From an uncultured Chloroflexia bacterium (GTDB lineage Bacteria > Chloroflexota > Limnocylindria > Limnocylindrales > CSP1-4), in NCBI GenBank assembly GCA_963833285.1, contig CAWHXM010000005.1:579093-643092 (forward strand): 64,000 nt of DNA. Reading direction: 5' to 3'. The notes under the pieces are model-generated. The model had not been told where the DNA came from, made no database searches, and worked only from the letters and a program-made list of their open reading frames with translations. Shown one piece after another: positions 41,052-49,655 of this stretch. Made by a program: the position numbers and the translations under genes. Every line of letters starts with the position of its first letter. Positions within the stretch are counted from its first letter, which is position 1.

Positions 41052-42647
41052 ATGACGACCCGCCAGCGCTGGACGCTCATCGCAACGGTCATCGGGTCCG
41101 GCGCCGTCTTCCTCGACGGGACGATCGTCAACGCCGCGCTCAAGCACATCGGCCAGGAGCTGCCCGGCACGTTCGTGGGCATCCTCGAGGGCCAGGCCTA
41201 CGTCGTCAGCGGCTACCTCGCGGTCCTCGCCGCGCTGCTCATCCTGTCCGGGGCACTGTCCGACCACTACGGCCGGCGGCGGGTCTATTCGCTCGGGCTC
41301 ATCGGGTTCGCCGCGACGTCCGCCCTGTGCGGTCTCGCCCCGTCGCTCGAGCTGCTCGTGGTGTTCCGCCTCGCCCAGGGCGCGGCGGGTGCGCTGCTCA
41401 TCCCCGGGTCGCTGGCCCTGATCACCCACGCCTTCGACGGGGAGGCGCGGGCGCGGGCGTTCGGGATCTGGGCGGCGTCCACGTCCGCCCTCGTCATCCT
41501 CGGCCCGATCGTCGGTGGCACGCTGGTCGACACGATCGGCTGGCGGTTCGCGTTCCTGATCAACGTGCCACTGCTGGCCTTCGCATTGTGGGCGACGCGC
41601 ACCCACGTCCAGGAATCGCGCGATACCGAGACGACCGGGCGCTTCGACTGGCTCGGAGCGGTCGTCGCGGCATTGGCCGTCGGTGGCCTGGCGTTCGGCG
41701 TCATCCGTGGCCAGGCCAACGCGTGGTCGGATGCGGCCGCCTGGGTCGCGCTCGTCATCGGCGTGGTCTGCCTCGTGCTCTTCCCGATCCTCATGGTGCG
41801 CCGGCCCAACCCGCTCGTGCCGCTCGAGCTGTTCCGCTCGCGGGCGTTCGCGACGGTCAACCTGGCGACGTTCTTCGTCTACGGCGCCCTGTACGTCACG
41901 TTCTTCTACCAGGCGGTCATCCTGCAGGGCGTCCTCGGCTACACGGCCCTCGGAGCGGGCATCGTGGGCATCCCGAGCGGGATCATGCTCACGCTCCTCT
42001 CGACGCGGGTCGGGGTCCTGGCCGGACGACTGGGCTCGCGGCGGTTCCTCGTCGCCGGCCCGCTGCTGATGGCAACCGGCCTGCTGTGGTATTCGCGGAT
42101 CCCCCTCGATTCGGCCCCATGGCGGGCCGCCATCGATGACCCTGCGACGCTCGTCCCGCCGATCGACGTGTTCATCGACATCCTGCCCTTCTCGCTCCTG
42201 TTCGGACTCGGTATCTCGTTCGTGGTGGCACCGCTGACGAGCACTCTCATGGGCTCGATCTCGGGGCGCTTCTCGGGCCTCGGGTCGGCCATCAACAACT
42301 CGATCTCGCGAGTCGGCCAGCCGCTCCTCGGTGCGCTCATCTTCATCGTCATCAGCGCGACCTACTACGCTTCGCTCGGCTCGACGGCGGGTCTCGACAC
42401 CGCCGATCCGAACGTGCGCCGTGCGTTCCAGCCGCTCAATCCACCGGCCGCCGGCGCAAGCCCGGCGGAGATCACCGCGTCGAACCAGGCGTCGCTCGAC
42501 GCGTTCCACCTGGCGATGCTCATCTGCGCCGGTCTGCTGGTCGTCGGGGCCGCGGTCTCGTGGTTCGGCCTTCGCGAGCGTCGGAGCGCGCCGGCCGTCG
42601 TCGCGGCGCGCGGAGCGACGGCCGATCCACCGGCTCCGACCGGATGA
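41052..42647 (+). CDS. MFS transporter, DHA2 (14 TM) type
   Basis: FLDGTIVNAAL, GALSDHYGRRR, RLAQGAAGALL, GWRFAFLINVP. Confidence 0.92.
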   Translation: MTTRQRWTLIATVIGSGAVFLDGTIVNAALKHIGQELPGTFVGILEGQAYVVSGYLAVLAALLILSGALSDHYGRRRVYSLGLIGFAATSALCGLAPSLELLVVFRLAQGAAGALLIPGSLALITHAFDGEARARAFGIWAASTSALVILGPIVGGTLVDTIGWRFAFLINVPLLAFALWATRTHVQESRDTETTGRFDWLGAVVAALAVGGLAFGVIRGQANAWSDAAAWVALVIGVVCLVLFPILMVRRPNPLVPLELFRSRAFATVNLATFFVYGALYVTFFYQAVILQGVLGYTALGAGIVGIPSGIMLTLLSTRVGVLAGRLGSRRFLVAGPLLMATGLLWYSRIPLDSAPWRAAIDDPATLVPPIDVFIDILPFSLLFGLGISFVVAPLTSTLMGSISGRFSGLGSAINNSISRVGQPLLGALIFIVISATYYASLGSTAGLDTADPNVRRAFQPLNPPAAGASPAEITASNQASLDAFHLAMLICAGLLVVGAAVSWFGLRERRSAPAVVAARGATADPPAPTG

Positions 42648-43072
42648 GCCGCCCGAGCGTGCGCGGTCTCCGGTTCCGGCGCGCCGTCGCGCCGGTCGTC
42701 CTTGCACTCCTCGTCGCCGGCTGCTCGTTCGCCGCCGTGCCGACGCCGGATCCTGCCGGCATCGCCGTACCGACGCAGGCACCGCAACCGGCGGGCACCG
42801 CACGCGCCTGCCCCGCTTCGTTCATCGAAGGCAGGCTCGTCGCTGACCCGCGCTGGGGCATCGCGCTCGTCGACAACGATGGAACCACCCGCGAGGTCAT
42901 CTGGCCGTATGGCTACTCGGCGCGCCGCGATGTCGCCCACGTCGTCCTGCTCGACGCGACGGGCTCGATCGTGGCGCAGACCGGCAACCTGGTCCATGTC
43001 GACGGCGGCGAGACCGGTGCCGACGGGGCCTGGCTCGCCTGCGGCGCGATCGTCTTGATCACGCCCGTGTGA
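42644..43072 (+). CDS. Putative lipoprotein
   Basis: ATGA overlap with the MFS gene; basic N-terminus, hydrophobic stretch and LVAGC lipobox. Confidence 0.7.
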   Translation: MSRPSVRGLRFRRAVAPVVLALLVAGCSFAAVPTPDPAGIAVPTQAPQPAGTARACPASFIEGRLVADPRWGIALVDNDGTTREVIWPYGYSARRDVAHVVLLDATGSIVAQTGNLVHVDGGETGADGAWLACGAIVLITPV

Positions 43073-43080
43073 CCCCGCGG

Positions 43081-43656
43081 TCAGGCTCCGGCCGGCCCCC
43101 CGGTGCCCTGGTCGCGGACCCGGAACGGGGCGCCGTGTCCGGGGATGACGACATCGGCGGCGGCCAGCACACGGGCGCGGCCACGCTCGAGCGCCGCCTG
43201 GTCCGAGGCGAACGGGTCGAGCTCCGGCGTACGGTCGGTGTGCCACCACAGGTGGGTCATGGCGTAGACCCCGTCGTCCGCCTCGACCAAGAGCGACGCG
43301 TCCTCCTCGCTGTGCCCCGGCGTCAGCCAGAGCTGGCTCCTGGGTGAGAGTCGGTAGCCGTCGCCATCGTGGTCGAGCCACAGGTCGTCGCGATAGCGGG
43401 CCCAGAAGTCGACGATCTCCGCATTCGGGAACAGCGCACAGTTGATCGTGTGATCGGGGTGATGGTGGCTCAGGAAGATGTGGGTCACCGCCTCCGGTGC
43501 GACATCGAGCGCGGCCAGCGGATCGAGGATCAACGAACGGTTGGCGACCATCCCGGGGTCGACGACGATCGATGCGTCGGCATCGCGGACGAGGACGACG
43601 GTGCTGCCGACGTGCTGGCCCGTGTAGCCGGCATGGAGGAGGTGGACCGACGCCAT
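43081..43656 (-). CDS. Metallo-beta-lactamase fold hydrolase
   Basis: SHHHPDH, TPGHS, IPGHG. Confidence 0.88.
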   Translation of the reverse strand: MASVHLLHAGYTGQHVGSTVVLVRDADASIVVDPGMVANRSLILDPLAALDVAPEAVTHIFLSHHHPDHTINCALFPNAEIVDFWARYRDDLWLDHDGDGYRLSPRSQLWLTPGHSEEDASLLVEADDGVYAMTHLWWHTDRTPELDPFASDQAALERGRARVLAAADVVIPGHGAPFRVRDQGTGGPAGA

Positions 43657-43690
43657 CGCCTGATGCTACGCCGCGACGCCGCACCACGAG

Positions 43691-44014
43691 ATGACGTCTC
43701 GACGGGCGCGATGGCGCAGGCCGGCGGCCGCGTCGTCGTACCGCGTCAGCGAGGAGCATCGCGGCCGGCGGCCGCCCTTCCTCCCCGGGGAGCGGATCGA
43801 CCTGGACGACGCGCTGGCGGCCTTCACCCGGGTTCCGCCTGGGCACCATCTCGAGGCCGAGGCCGGGACGATCGAGGTCGGCAAGGCGGCGGACCTCGCC
43901 GCGCTCGATCGCGACCCGTTCGATCGTAGGCCGGGCGCGATCGGCGAGGCGACGGTCATCGCGACCTTCATCGACGGCATCGCCGTCCACGAGCGGCCCG
44001 AGCTCGGCGACTGA
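43691..44014 (+). pseudogene. C-terminal remnant of an amidohydrolase-3 (YtcJ-like) gene
   Basis: PFLPGERIDLDDALAAFT...GTIEVGKAADLAALDRDP...ATFIDG with no N-terminal or catalytic part. Confidence 0.7.
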
Positions 44015-44170
44015 CGCCGGCGCACGCGACGGCGACGCGCGCCGGTGCGGCCCATGGACGCATGACGATGCCGATTCGGCTGCGGATGTCGGTGGTTGGG
44101 TGCCGTGCCCGGATCGATGATGCCCATGCACCACGGAACTGATCCGGGGCAGCGGAAAGGAGAAGACCCA

Positions 44171-44377
44171 GTGAACGCCGTCGCCATCATGTACGTCAAC
44201 CAACACCTCGAGTCGCTTCGGGCCGAGGCCCAGCAGCGTGGGGCGGTCTCGCTGGTCCGGAAGAGCAGCCTTCGCGCCAGGATCGCGTCTGCTGCCACCG
44301 AGCTCCGCCGAACCCTCGGCTTCGAGTCCAACGGACCCACGCTCCCGACCCTTCGCAACTACCCCTACGAGGGCTGA
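44171..44377 (+). CDS. 68-aa hypothetical protein
   Basis: AAAGGAG RBS, GTG start, followed by a terminator hairpin. Confidence 0.7.
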   Translation: MNAVAIMYVNQHLESLRAEAQQRGAVSLVRKSSLRARIASAATELRRTLGFESNGPTLPTLRNYPYEG

Positions 44378-44415
44378 CTCCTCCCGGCCCTCCCGTCCTC
44401 CCTCCGATACGCGAC

Positions 44416-44450
44416 GACCTCCGCTTCCTCCAGCGGAGGTCTTCGTGTGT
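44416..44450 (+). terminator. Intrinsic terminator-like hairpin
   Basis: GACCTCCGCT-tcctcc-AGCGGAGGTC followed by TTCGTGTGT, between convergent genes. Confidence 0.7.
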
Positions 44451-44465
44451 CCGGCTCCCGCCGGG

Positions 44466-45050
44466 TCAGTCGAGATCTGCCTCGGTGTCGATGTCGCGCA
44501 GCGTGCGTCCGTCTGGGTCGATGGCCCGCCAGGCGACCTCGGGCAGGACGACCGCCGACAGCGCCTCGGCCAGCGCCCGGAGACGCCGCTCGCCGGCTGC
44601 CGACATTGCCGCGGCCCTGGCCAGCCCGGGTTCGCGCCGCAGCACCATCGGCAACGGCCGGCCGCCGCCCTCGTGCTCGAGGACCACGGCGCCCGCATCG
44701 GACGTCACCAGCACCGCGACCATCGACGCGATGACCGCGGGGGAGAGCGTCGGCATGTCGCCACCGACGACGACGACGATCGGCGCGCCGGCAGCCGCAA
44801 GCCCCGCGAGCAGCCCGGCCAACGGCCCCTCGAACGAGACGGCGTCGTGGACGAGGATGACGTCGTCCGCCAGTGCCGGCATCTCGCCCGGCGCCGCGGC
44901 CACGACGATCTCGGACGTCATCGGCCGAAGTGCGTCGATCGCGTGGTGCAGCAGGGGCTTGCCATCGACCGGCTGGCTGAGCTTGTCGCGCCCGAACCGG
45001 CTCGACCGTCCCCCGGCCAGGACCAGCCCGCCGATGGTGTCGCTCGTCAT
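44466..45050 (-). CDS. mobA: Molybdenum cofactor guanylyltransferase
   Basis: LAGGRSSRFGRDK, GPLAGL, GDMP; ATGA overlap with selB. Confidence 0.92.
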   Translation of the reverse strand: MTSDTIGGLVLAGGRSSRFGRDKLSQPVDGKPLLHHAIDALRPMTSEIVVAAAPGEMPALADDVILVHDAVSFEGPLAGLLAGLAAAGAPIVVVVGGDMPTLSPAVIASMVAVLVTSDAGAVVLEHEGGGRPLPMVLRREPGLARAAAMSAAGERRLRALAEALSAVVLPEVAWRAIDPDGRTLRDIDTEADLD

Positions 45051-46945
45051 CGGGCGCCGGCGGTCGGCAGCCTGGGCCCCGGGACATGGCCGGCGTCGGT
45101 CCGGCGGAGCACCCCGCGTCGATCCATCTCGGCAAGGATGGCCATGACGTACTTGCGGCTCGTGCCGGTCGCGTCGCGGAAGGCGGCCGGCGTGAGCGGC
45201 TCGCGAGTCGCCAGGGCCAGCGCCCGGCCTTCGAGCGCCCGATAGGTCGTGGCGGCGTAGGCCATATCTGGCTCCAGCACGACGATGCGCCCGGTCCGCT
45301 CGAGCTCGAGGATGCCGTCCGGCGGGCATGCCGCGGATCGCGCCGCCTCGCTCAGCCCGGGGGGAGCGGCGACGGCCAACGCCCCCTCGAGCCGGTTCAT
45401 CGCGGCGGCCAGGGCCGCGTCCGGGTGATGCCCGGCGGGCTGCGATCCGGGCAGCACGATCTCGAGGTCGTCGCGGACGAGACGCCCGTCCCGGACGAGC
45501 TGGTCGATGAGTGCGGCCGCCGCCGTGGCTGCCGCCTCCCGACCGATGGATACCCGTCGCCGCAGGGCTCGGGCGGCGATGGATCGCGCCGCGGTCAGCG
45601 ATACCGTGCCGTCGATCGCGCCGACGACCGCGAAACCCACGTCGGCGACGACGTCGTCGGCGACCGCCGGGCCCTGGGCGCGTTCGATGGCGCCGTGGAG
45701 GTCGAGCCGGGCGGCCGCGATCGAGGGCCGATCGCCCGCCTCGGCCGCGCGCGCGAGCCGATCCAGGCGCGCGACCGACTGGCGACGGCGCGAGATCCCG
45801 CGTGGTGGCGCGACGTCGAGGACCATCGCGCCGACGATCCGCTCGCTGCCGGACGAGCGACGGAGCACCAGTCGGTCGCCCGCCGCCACCGCGATCGGGT
45901 TCGACAGCCGTAGCGTCGCGACGACAGTCCCGTCGGGCAGGTCGAGCCCGTCGCGACCGCTCCGACCGACGGTCGCCTCGGTCGCCGCCGTCCCGAGGTG
46001 GACGCGCGCCCGCGAGCGATCGGGAAGAGCCGCCCGGAGCCGGACGAGGATCCGGTCGCTCGGCTCGACCGCCGGGTCGTCCGACAGCACGATCCCGCGA
46101 TGAAGGTCGCGGGCATCCACGCCGGCCAGGTTGAGGGCTGTCCGGCCCGGTCCGGCGCGTTCGACCGTCGCGCCGTGGACCTGGACCTCGCGGACTCGGG
46201 CCGACCGGTCGCCGGGGATGAGCCGAAGGTTCGCATCGCGCGCGATGCCGCTGCCGCGGAGCGTCCCGGTCACGACCGCGCCGCGACCCTTGACCGAGAA
46301 GACGCGATCGATGGCGAGGCGCGATGGGGCCGCGCCGGGCAAGCTCATCGCGACCCCGCCCATCGCGACCCCGCCCATCGCGACCCCGCCCATCGCGACC
46401 CCGCCCATCGCGACCCCGCCGGCGGCGGCCCGCATCACCCGGTCGCGCAGGTCCACGAGCGCGGCCCGCAACGCCTCGATCCCGTCGCCGTCGACGGATG
46501 CCACCGCGTGGACCGGCGACCCGGCGAGGGTCGTGCCGCGGAGCAACCGCCCGACCTCGGCGACGACCGCTTCGGTCCGCCCGGTGCCGGCGACATCGGC
46601 CTTGGTGACGACCGCGATCCCGTGCCGGATGTCGAGCGCATCGAGCAGCGCCAGGTGCTCGACGGTCTGGGCTCGTGGCCCATCGTCCGCCGCCACGACC
46701 AGCAACGCGGCATCGATCTCGCCCGCCCCGACGAGCATGTTGCCGACCAGCCGGTCGTGCCCGGGGACGTCGACGAAGTCGAGCTCCGTGCCGTCGGGCA
46801 GGGCGAGGTTGGCGTAGCCGACGTCGATGGTCATCCCGCGCCGCCGCTCCTCAGGCAGCCGGTCGGCATCGATCCCGGTCAAGGCCCGCAGCAGCGTCGT
46901 CTTGCCGTGGTCGATGTGACCGGCGGTCCCGATGACGACGGTCAT
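45047..46945 (-). CDS. selB: Selenocysteine-specific translation elongation factor
   Basis: [30 protein letters not shown], and C-terminal winged helix [10 protein letters not shown]. Confidence 0.96.
   Translation of the reverse strand: MTVVIGTAGHIDHGKTTLLRALTGIDADRLPEERRRGMTIDVGYANLALPDGTELDFVDVPGHDRLVGNMLVGAGEIDAALLVVAADDGPRAQTVEHLALLDALDIRHGIAVVTKADVAGTGRTEAVVAEVGRLLRGTTLAGSPVHAVASVDGDGIEALRAALVDLRDRVMRAAAGGVAMGGVAMGGVAMGGVAMGGVAMSLPGAAPSRLAIDRVFSVKGRGAVVTGTLRGSGIARDANLRLIPGDRSARVREVQVHGATVERAGPGRTALNLAGVDARDLHRGIVLSDDPAVEPSDRILVRLRAALPDRSRARVHLGTAATEATVGRSGRDGLDLPDGTVVATLRLSNPIAVAAGDRLVLRRSSGSERIVGAMVLDVAPPRGISRRRQSVARLDRLARAAEAGDRPSIAAARLDLHGAIERAQGPAVADDVVADVGFAVVGAIDGTVSLTAARSIAARALRRRVSIGREAAATAAAALIDQLVRDGRLVRDDLEIVLPGSQPAGHHPDAALAAAMNRLEGALAVAAPPGLSEAARSAACPPDGILELERTGRIVVLEPDMAYAATTYRALEGRALALATREPLTPAAFRDATGTSRKYVMAILAEMDRRGVLRRTDAGHVPGPRLPTAGAR
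46346..46420. repeat. 15-bp tandem repeat x5 within selB
   Basis: CATCGCGACCCCGCC x5 (perfect), encoding (GGVAM)5. Confidence 0.95.
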
Positions 46946-48327
46946 CCCGTCGCCGCCCCGAGCGCTCGCGCGATGACCGTCGCCAGCGCGGCATCCTCGG
47001 CCGGGTCGATCGTGCGCAGGTCGAGCCAGACGACGCCGGCCTCGACGCGGGCGATGACCGGCGGGTCGCCGGCTCGAAGCCGTGCGGCGAGCGCGGCCGG
47101 ACGGCTGCCCGCGATACGGAGACCCACCGACGCGAGCGTCTGACCGGGCAGCGAGCCGCCACCGACCGCCGAGGTCATCGACGCGATCTCGACGTGGTCG
47201 GGCATCGTCTCCGGCATGGCCACGAGGACGGCCGCCGCTCGCACCAGCAGCTCCTCCGGGGTCGCCGCGATCATCCGCCAGACGGGGATCCGCGTGGTCG
47301 CCAGCCCGGCGCGGTACAGCCCGAGCGTCGCGGCGAGCGCGGCCAGCGTGACCTTCTCGGGGCGAACCGCCCGGGCCAATGGATCGCGCCGGATCCGGGC
47401 GATGAGATCTGCCCGCCCGACGACCAGCCCCGCCTGCGGCCCGCCGAGCAGCTTGTCACCGCTGAACGTCACGACATCGGCGCCCGCAGCCAGGCGCTCG
47501 CCCGGCATCGGTTCGTGGGCGAGCCCGTGGCGGGCCGTGTCAAGGAGCGCACCGCTGCCCAGGTCGTCGACGACGATCGCGCCGTGCTCGTGGGCGACCC
47601 GGGCGACCTCGACGGGATCGGGCACCTCGACGAACCCCGCCTGCGCGAAGTTGGAGGGGTGGACACGGAGCACGACCGTCGCCAGGCCCTCGGCGAGCGG
47701 CGCGTCGAAGTCGGCCGCGCGGGTGCGGTTCGTGGTGCCGACCTCGACCAGTCGCGCGCCGGTCCGCCGCACGATCTCCGGGATCCGCACGCCGCCGCCG
47801 ATCTCGACCAGCTCCCCGCGCGAGACCGCGACGCCGCGACGACCGGCCAGTCCGACCGCGAGCGCCAGGGCGGCGGCGTTGTTGACCGTGACCAGCGCAT
47901 CCTCGGCACCGGTGAGCGCGATGAGGTGGGCCTCCGCGGCACGGAAGCGGGGCCCGCGCCGACCCTCGTCACGGTCGAACTCGAGCAGCGAGTAGCCGCC
48001 TGCCGCGCGCATCGCGGCTTCGATCGCCGCCGCCGGCCACGGCGCGCGACCGAGGTTGGTGTGCAGGATGACCCCGGTTGCGTTGAGGACCGGCGTCAGC
48101 CCGGTCCGGAGCGGATCGACGAACCCGGCCAGCCGGGAGCGCACGTCGTCGGCCAGCGCCTCGATGCCCGCGGGCTCGTTCCCGGCCGAGAGCCGCGCGC
48201 GCTCGTCGGCCACGACCTCACGGGCGACGGCGGCCAGGGCCTCTGGATCGGTCGCGGCCGGGGCGGCCCGCCGCACCGCGCTCAGCAGCCGCTCGACGCT
48301 CGGGGGACGCGACCGCTGCGGCGACAT
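46942..48327 (-). CDS. selA: L-seryl-tRNA(Sec) selenium transferase
   Basis: [44 protein letters not shown]. Confidence 0.96.
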   Translation of the reverse strand: MSPQRSRPPSVERLLSAVRRAAPAATDPEALAAVAREVVADERARLSAGNEPAGIEALADDVRSRLAGFVDPLRTGLTPVLNATGVILHTNLGRAPWPAAAIEAAMRAAGGYSLLEFDRDEGRRGPRFRAAEAHLIALTGAEDALVTVNNAAALALAVGLAGRRGVAVSRGELVEIGGGVRIPEIVRRTGARLVEVGTTNRTRAADFDAPLAEGLATVVLRVHPSNFAQAGFVEVPDPVEVARVAHEHGAIVVDDLGSGALLDTARHGLAHEPMPGERLAAGADVVTFSGDKLLGGPQAGLVVGRADLIARIRRDPLARAVRPEKVTLAALAATLGLYRAGLATTRIPVWRMIAATPEELLVRAAAVLVAMPETMPDHVEIASMTSAVGGGSLPGQTLASVGLRIAGSRPAALAARLRAGDPPVIARVEAGVVWLDLRTIDPAEDAALATVIARALGAATG

Positions 48328-48337
48328 GTGCCCTCCA

Positions 48338-48434
48338 TGGCGGGAACGCGTGGGAGTCGAACCCACCGCGCCGCGCCGAGCGCCGCGCCACTGGTTTTGA
48401 AGACCAGGGGACCCACCGGGACCCGACCGCTCCC
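48338..48434 (-). tRNA. selC: tRNA-Sec (anticodon UCA)
   Basis: 97 nt; 6-bp D stem with CGGU loop, CUGGU-CUUCAAA-ACCAG anticodon arm, long variable arm, GUGGG-UUCGACU-CCCAC T arm, encoded GCCA end. Confidence 0.96.
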
Positions 48435-48463
48435 TGCGCGATGGTAGCCGTATCATCGGCCGC

Positions 48464-49522
48464 ATGACCGCGCTCGAGCCGAACCCGTTCCGTCTGACCG
48501 ACCTGACCGATTGCGGCGGCTGTGCCGCGAAGCTCGGCGCCGACCTGCTCTCCGAGGCGCTCGCCGGCCTCGGTGCCGAAGCCGCAGCCGATGCGCCGGG
48601 GGCCCTGATCGCCGGCCTCAACCCGCCCGACGACGCGGCCGCTTACCGGGTGAGCGACGACCTGGCGATCATCGGCACGCTCGACTTCTTCCCGCCGCTC
48701 GTGGACGACCCGCGGACGTTCGGCGAGATCGCGGCCGCCAACGCGCTGTCGGACGTGTTCGCGATGGGCGGTCGGGTGCTGTTCGCGTTGTCGATCGCGG
48801 CGTTCCCCGAGGACCTGCCGCGCGAGGTCCTGAGCGAGATCTTCGCCGGTGCCTCGTGCAAGGTCCGCGAGGCGGGCGGCACGCTGGCCGGTGGCCACAC
48901 GATCCGCGACCCGGAGCCCAAGTACGGCCTGGCGGTCATCGGCGCCGCGCATCCGGACAAGCTCCTGCGGAAGGGCGGGGCGCGGCCGGGTGATCGACTC
49001 GTCCTGACGAAGCGGCTCGGCACCGGGATCCTGGTATCGGGGGCACGACAGGGGCGGACGAGCGCGGCAGACCTTGCGACCGCGATCGAGGGGATGCGCG
49101 CGCTGAACGGCGCGGCATCGCAGGCGCTCGTGGCCGCCGGCATCAGGAGCGCGACCGACGTGACCGGCTTCGGCCTGCTCGGTCACGGGCTCGAGATGGC
49201 GCGGGCATCGGGGACCCGGTTCGTCTTCGAGGCGGGGGGCCTCCCGGCGCTTCCGGGGGCTCGTGCCCTCGCCGCGGCCGGCGTCGAGACCGGGGGCGCC
49301 GCCCACAACCGGCGCTTCGTCGCCGGGTCGCTCCACGTCGCCACGAACGTGCCGTCCGATCTCGTCACCCTCGCCCACGATCCGCAGACCTCGGGGGGAT
49401 TGCTGGCGGCCGTGCCGCCCGAGCACGTCGCCGGCGTCGACGCCGGTTTCGAGCACGCCGGCGTCGAGCATTGGTGGGTGGGGTTCGTGGAACAAGGCGA
49501 TCCGGGGGTTGCGCTCGCCTGA
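48464..49522 (+). CDS. selD: Selenide, water dikinase (Cys-type)
   Basis: CGGCAAKL, DDAAAY, DFFPP, ANALSDVFAMGG, TDVTGFGLLGH, DPQTSGGLL. Confidence 0.96.
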   Translation: MTALEPNPFRLTDLTDCGGCAAKLGADLLSEALAGLGAEAAADAPGALIAGLNPPDDAAAYRVSDDLAIIGTLDFFPPLVDDPRTFGEIAAANALSDVFAMGGRVLFALSIAAFPEDLPREVLSEIFAGASCKVREAGGTLAGGHTIRDPEPKYGLAVIGAAHPDKLLRKGGARPGDRLVLTKRLGTGILVSGARQGRTSAADLATAIEGMRALNGAASQALVAAGIRSATDVTGFGLLGHGLEMARASGTRFVFEAGGLPALPGARALAAAGVETGGAAHNRRFVAGSLHVATNVPSDLVTLAHDPQTSGGLLAAVPPEHVAGVDAGFEHAGVEHWWVGFVEQGDPGVALA

Positions 49523-49655
49523 TCGCCGGCGCTCGATCGATCGCCGGCGCGAGCACATCGCACGGATCCGTTCCCAACGGCTCTCACGCCGGCGCCCGGT
49601 GACCGACAATACGGGCTCGGTCCCGCCCGCGGGACCCGGGAGACGGAGGATTCAC

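Noticed and set aside
46346-46420. Possible CRISPR array
   Set aside because: Contiguous 15-bp units with no spacers, in frame within selB; no cas genes in the window.
48464-48540. SelD as a second selenoprotein
   Set aside because: The active-site codons are TGC and TGT (CGGC), not TGA.
49520-49556. Repeated GATCGCCGGCGC after selD
   Set aside because: Two short GC-rich copies only; plausible by chance or as a weak hairpin.
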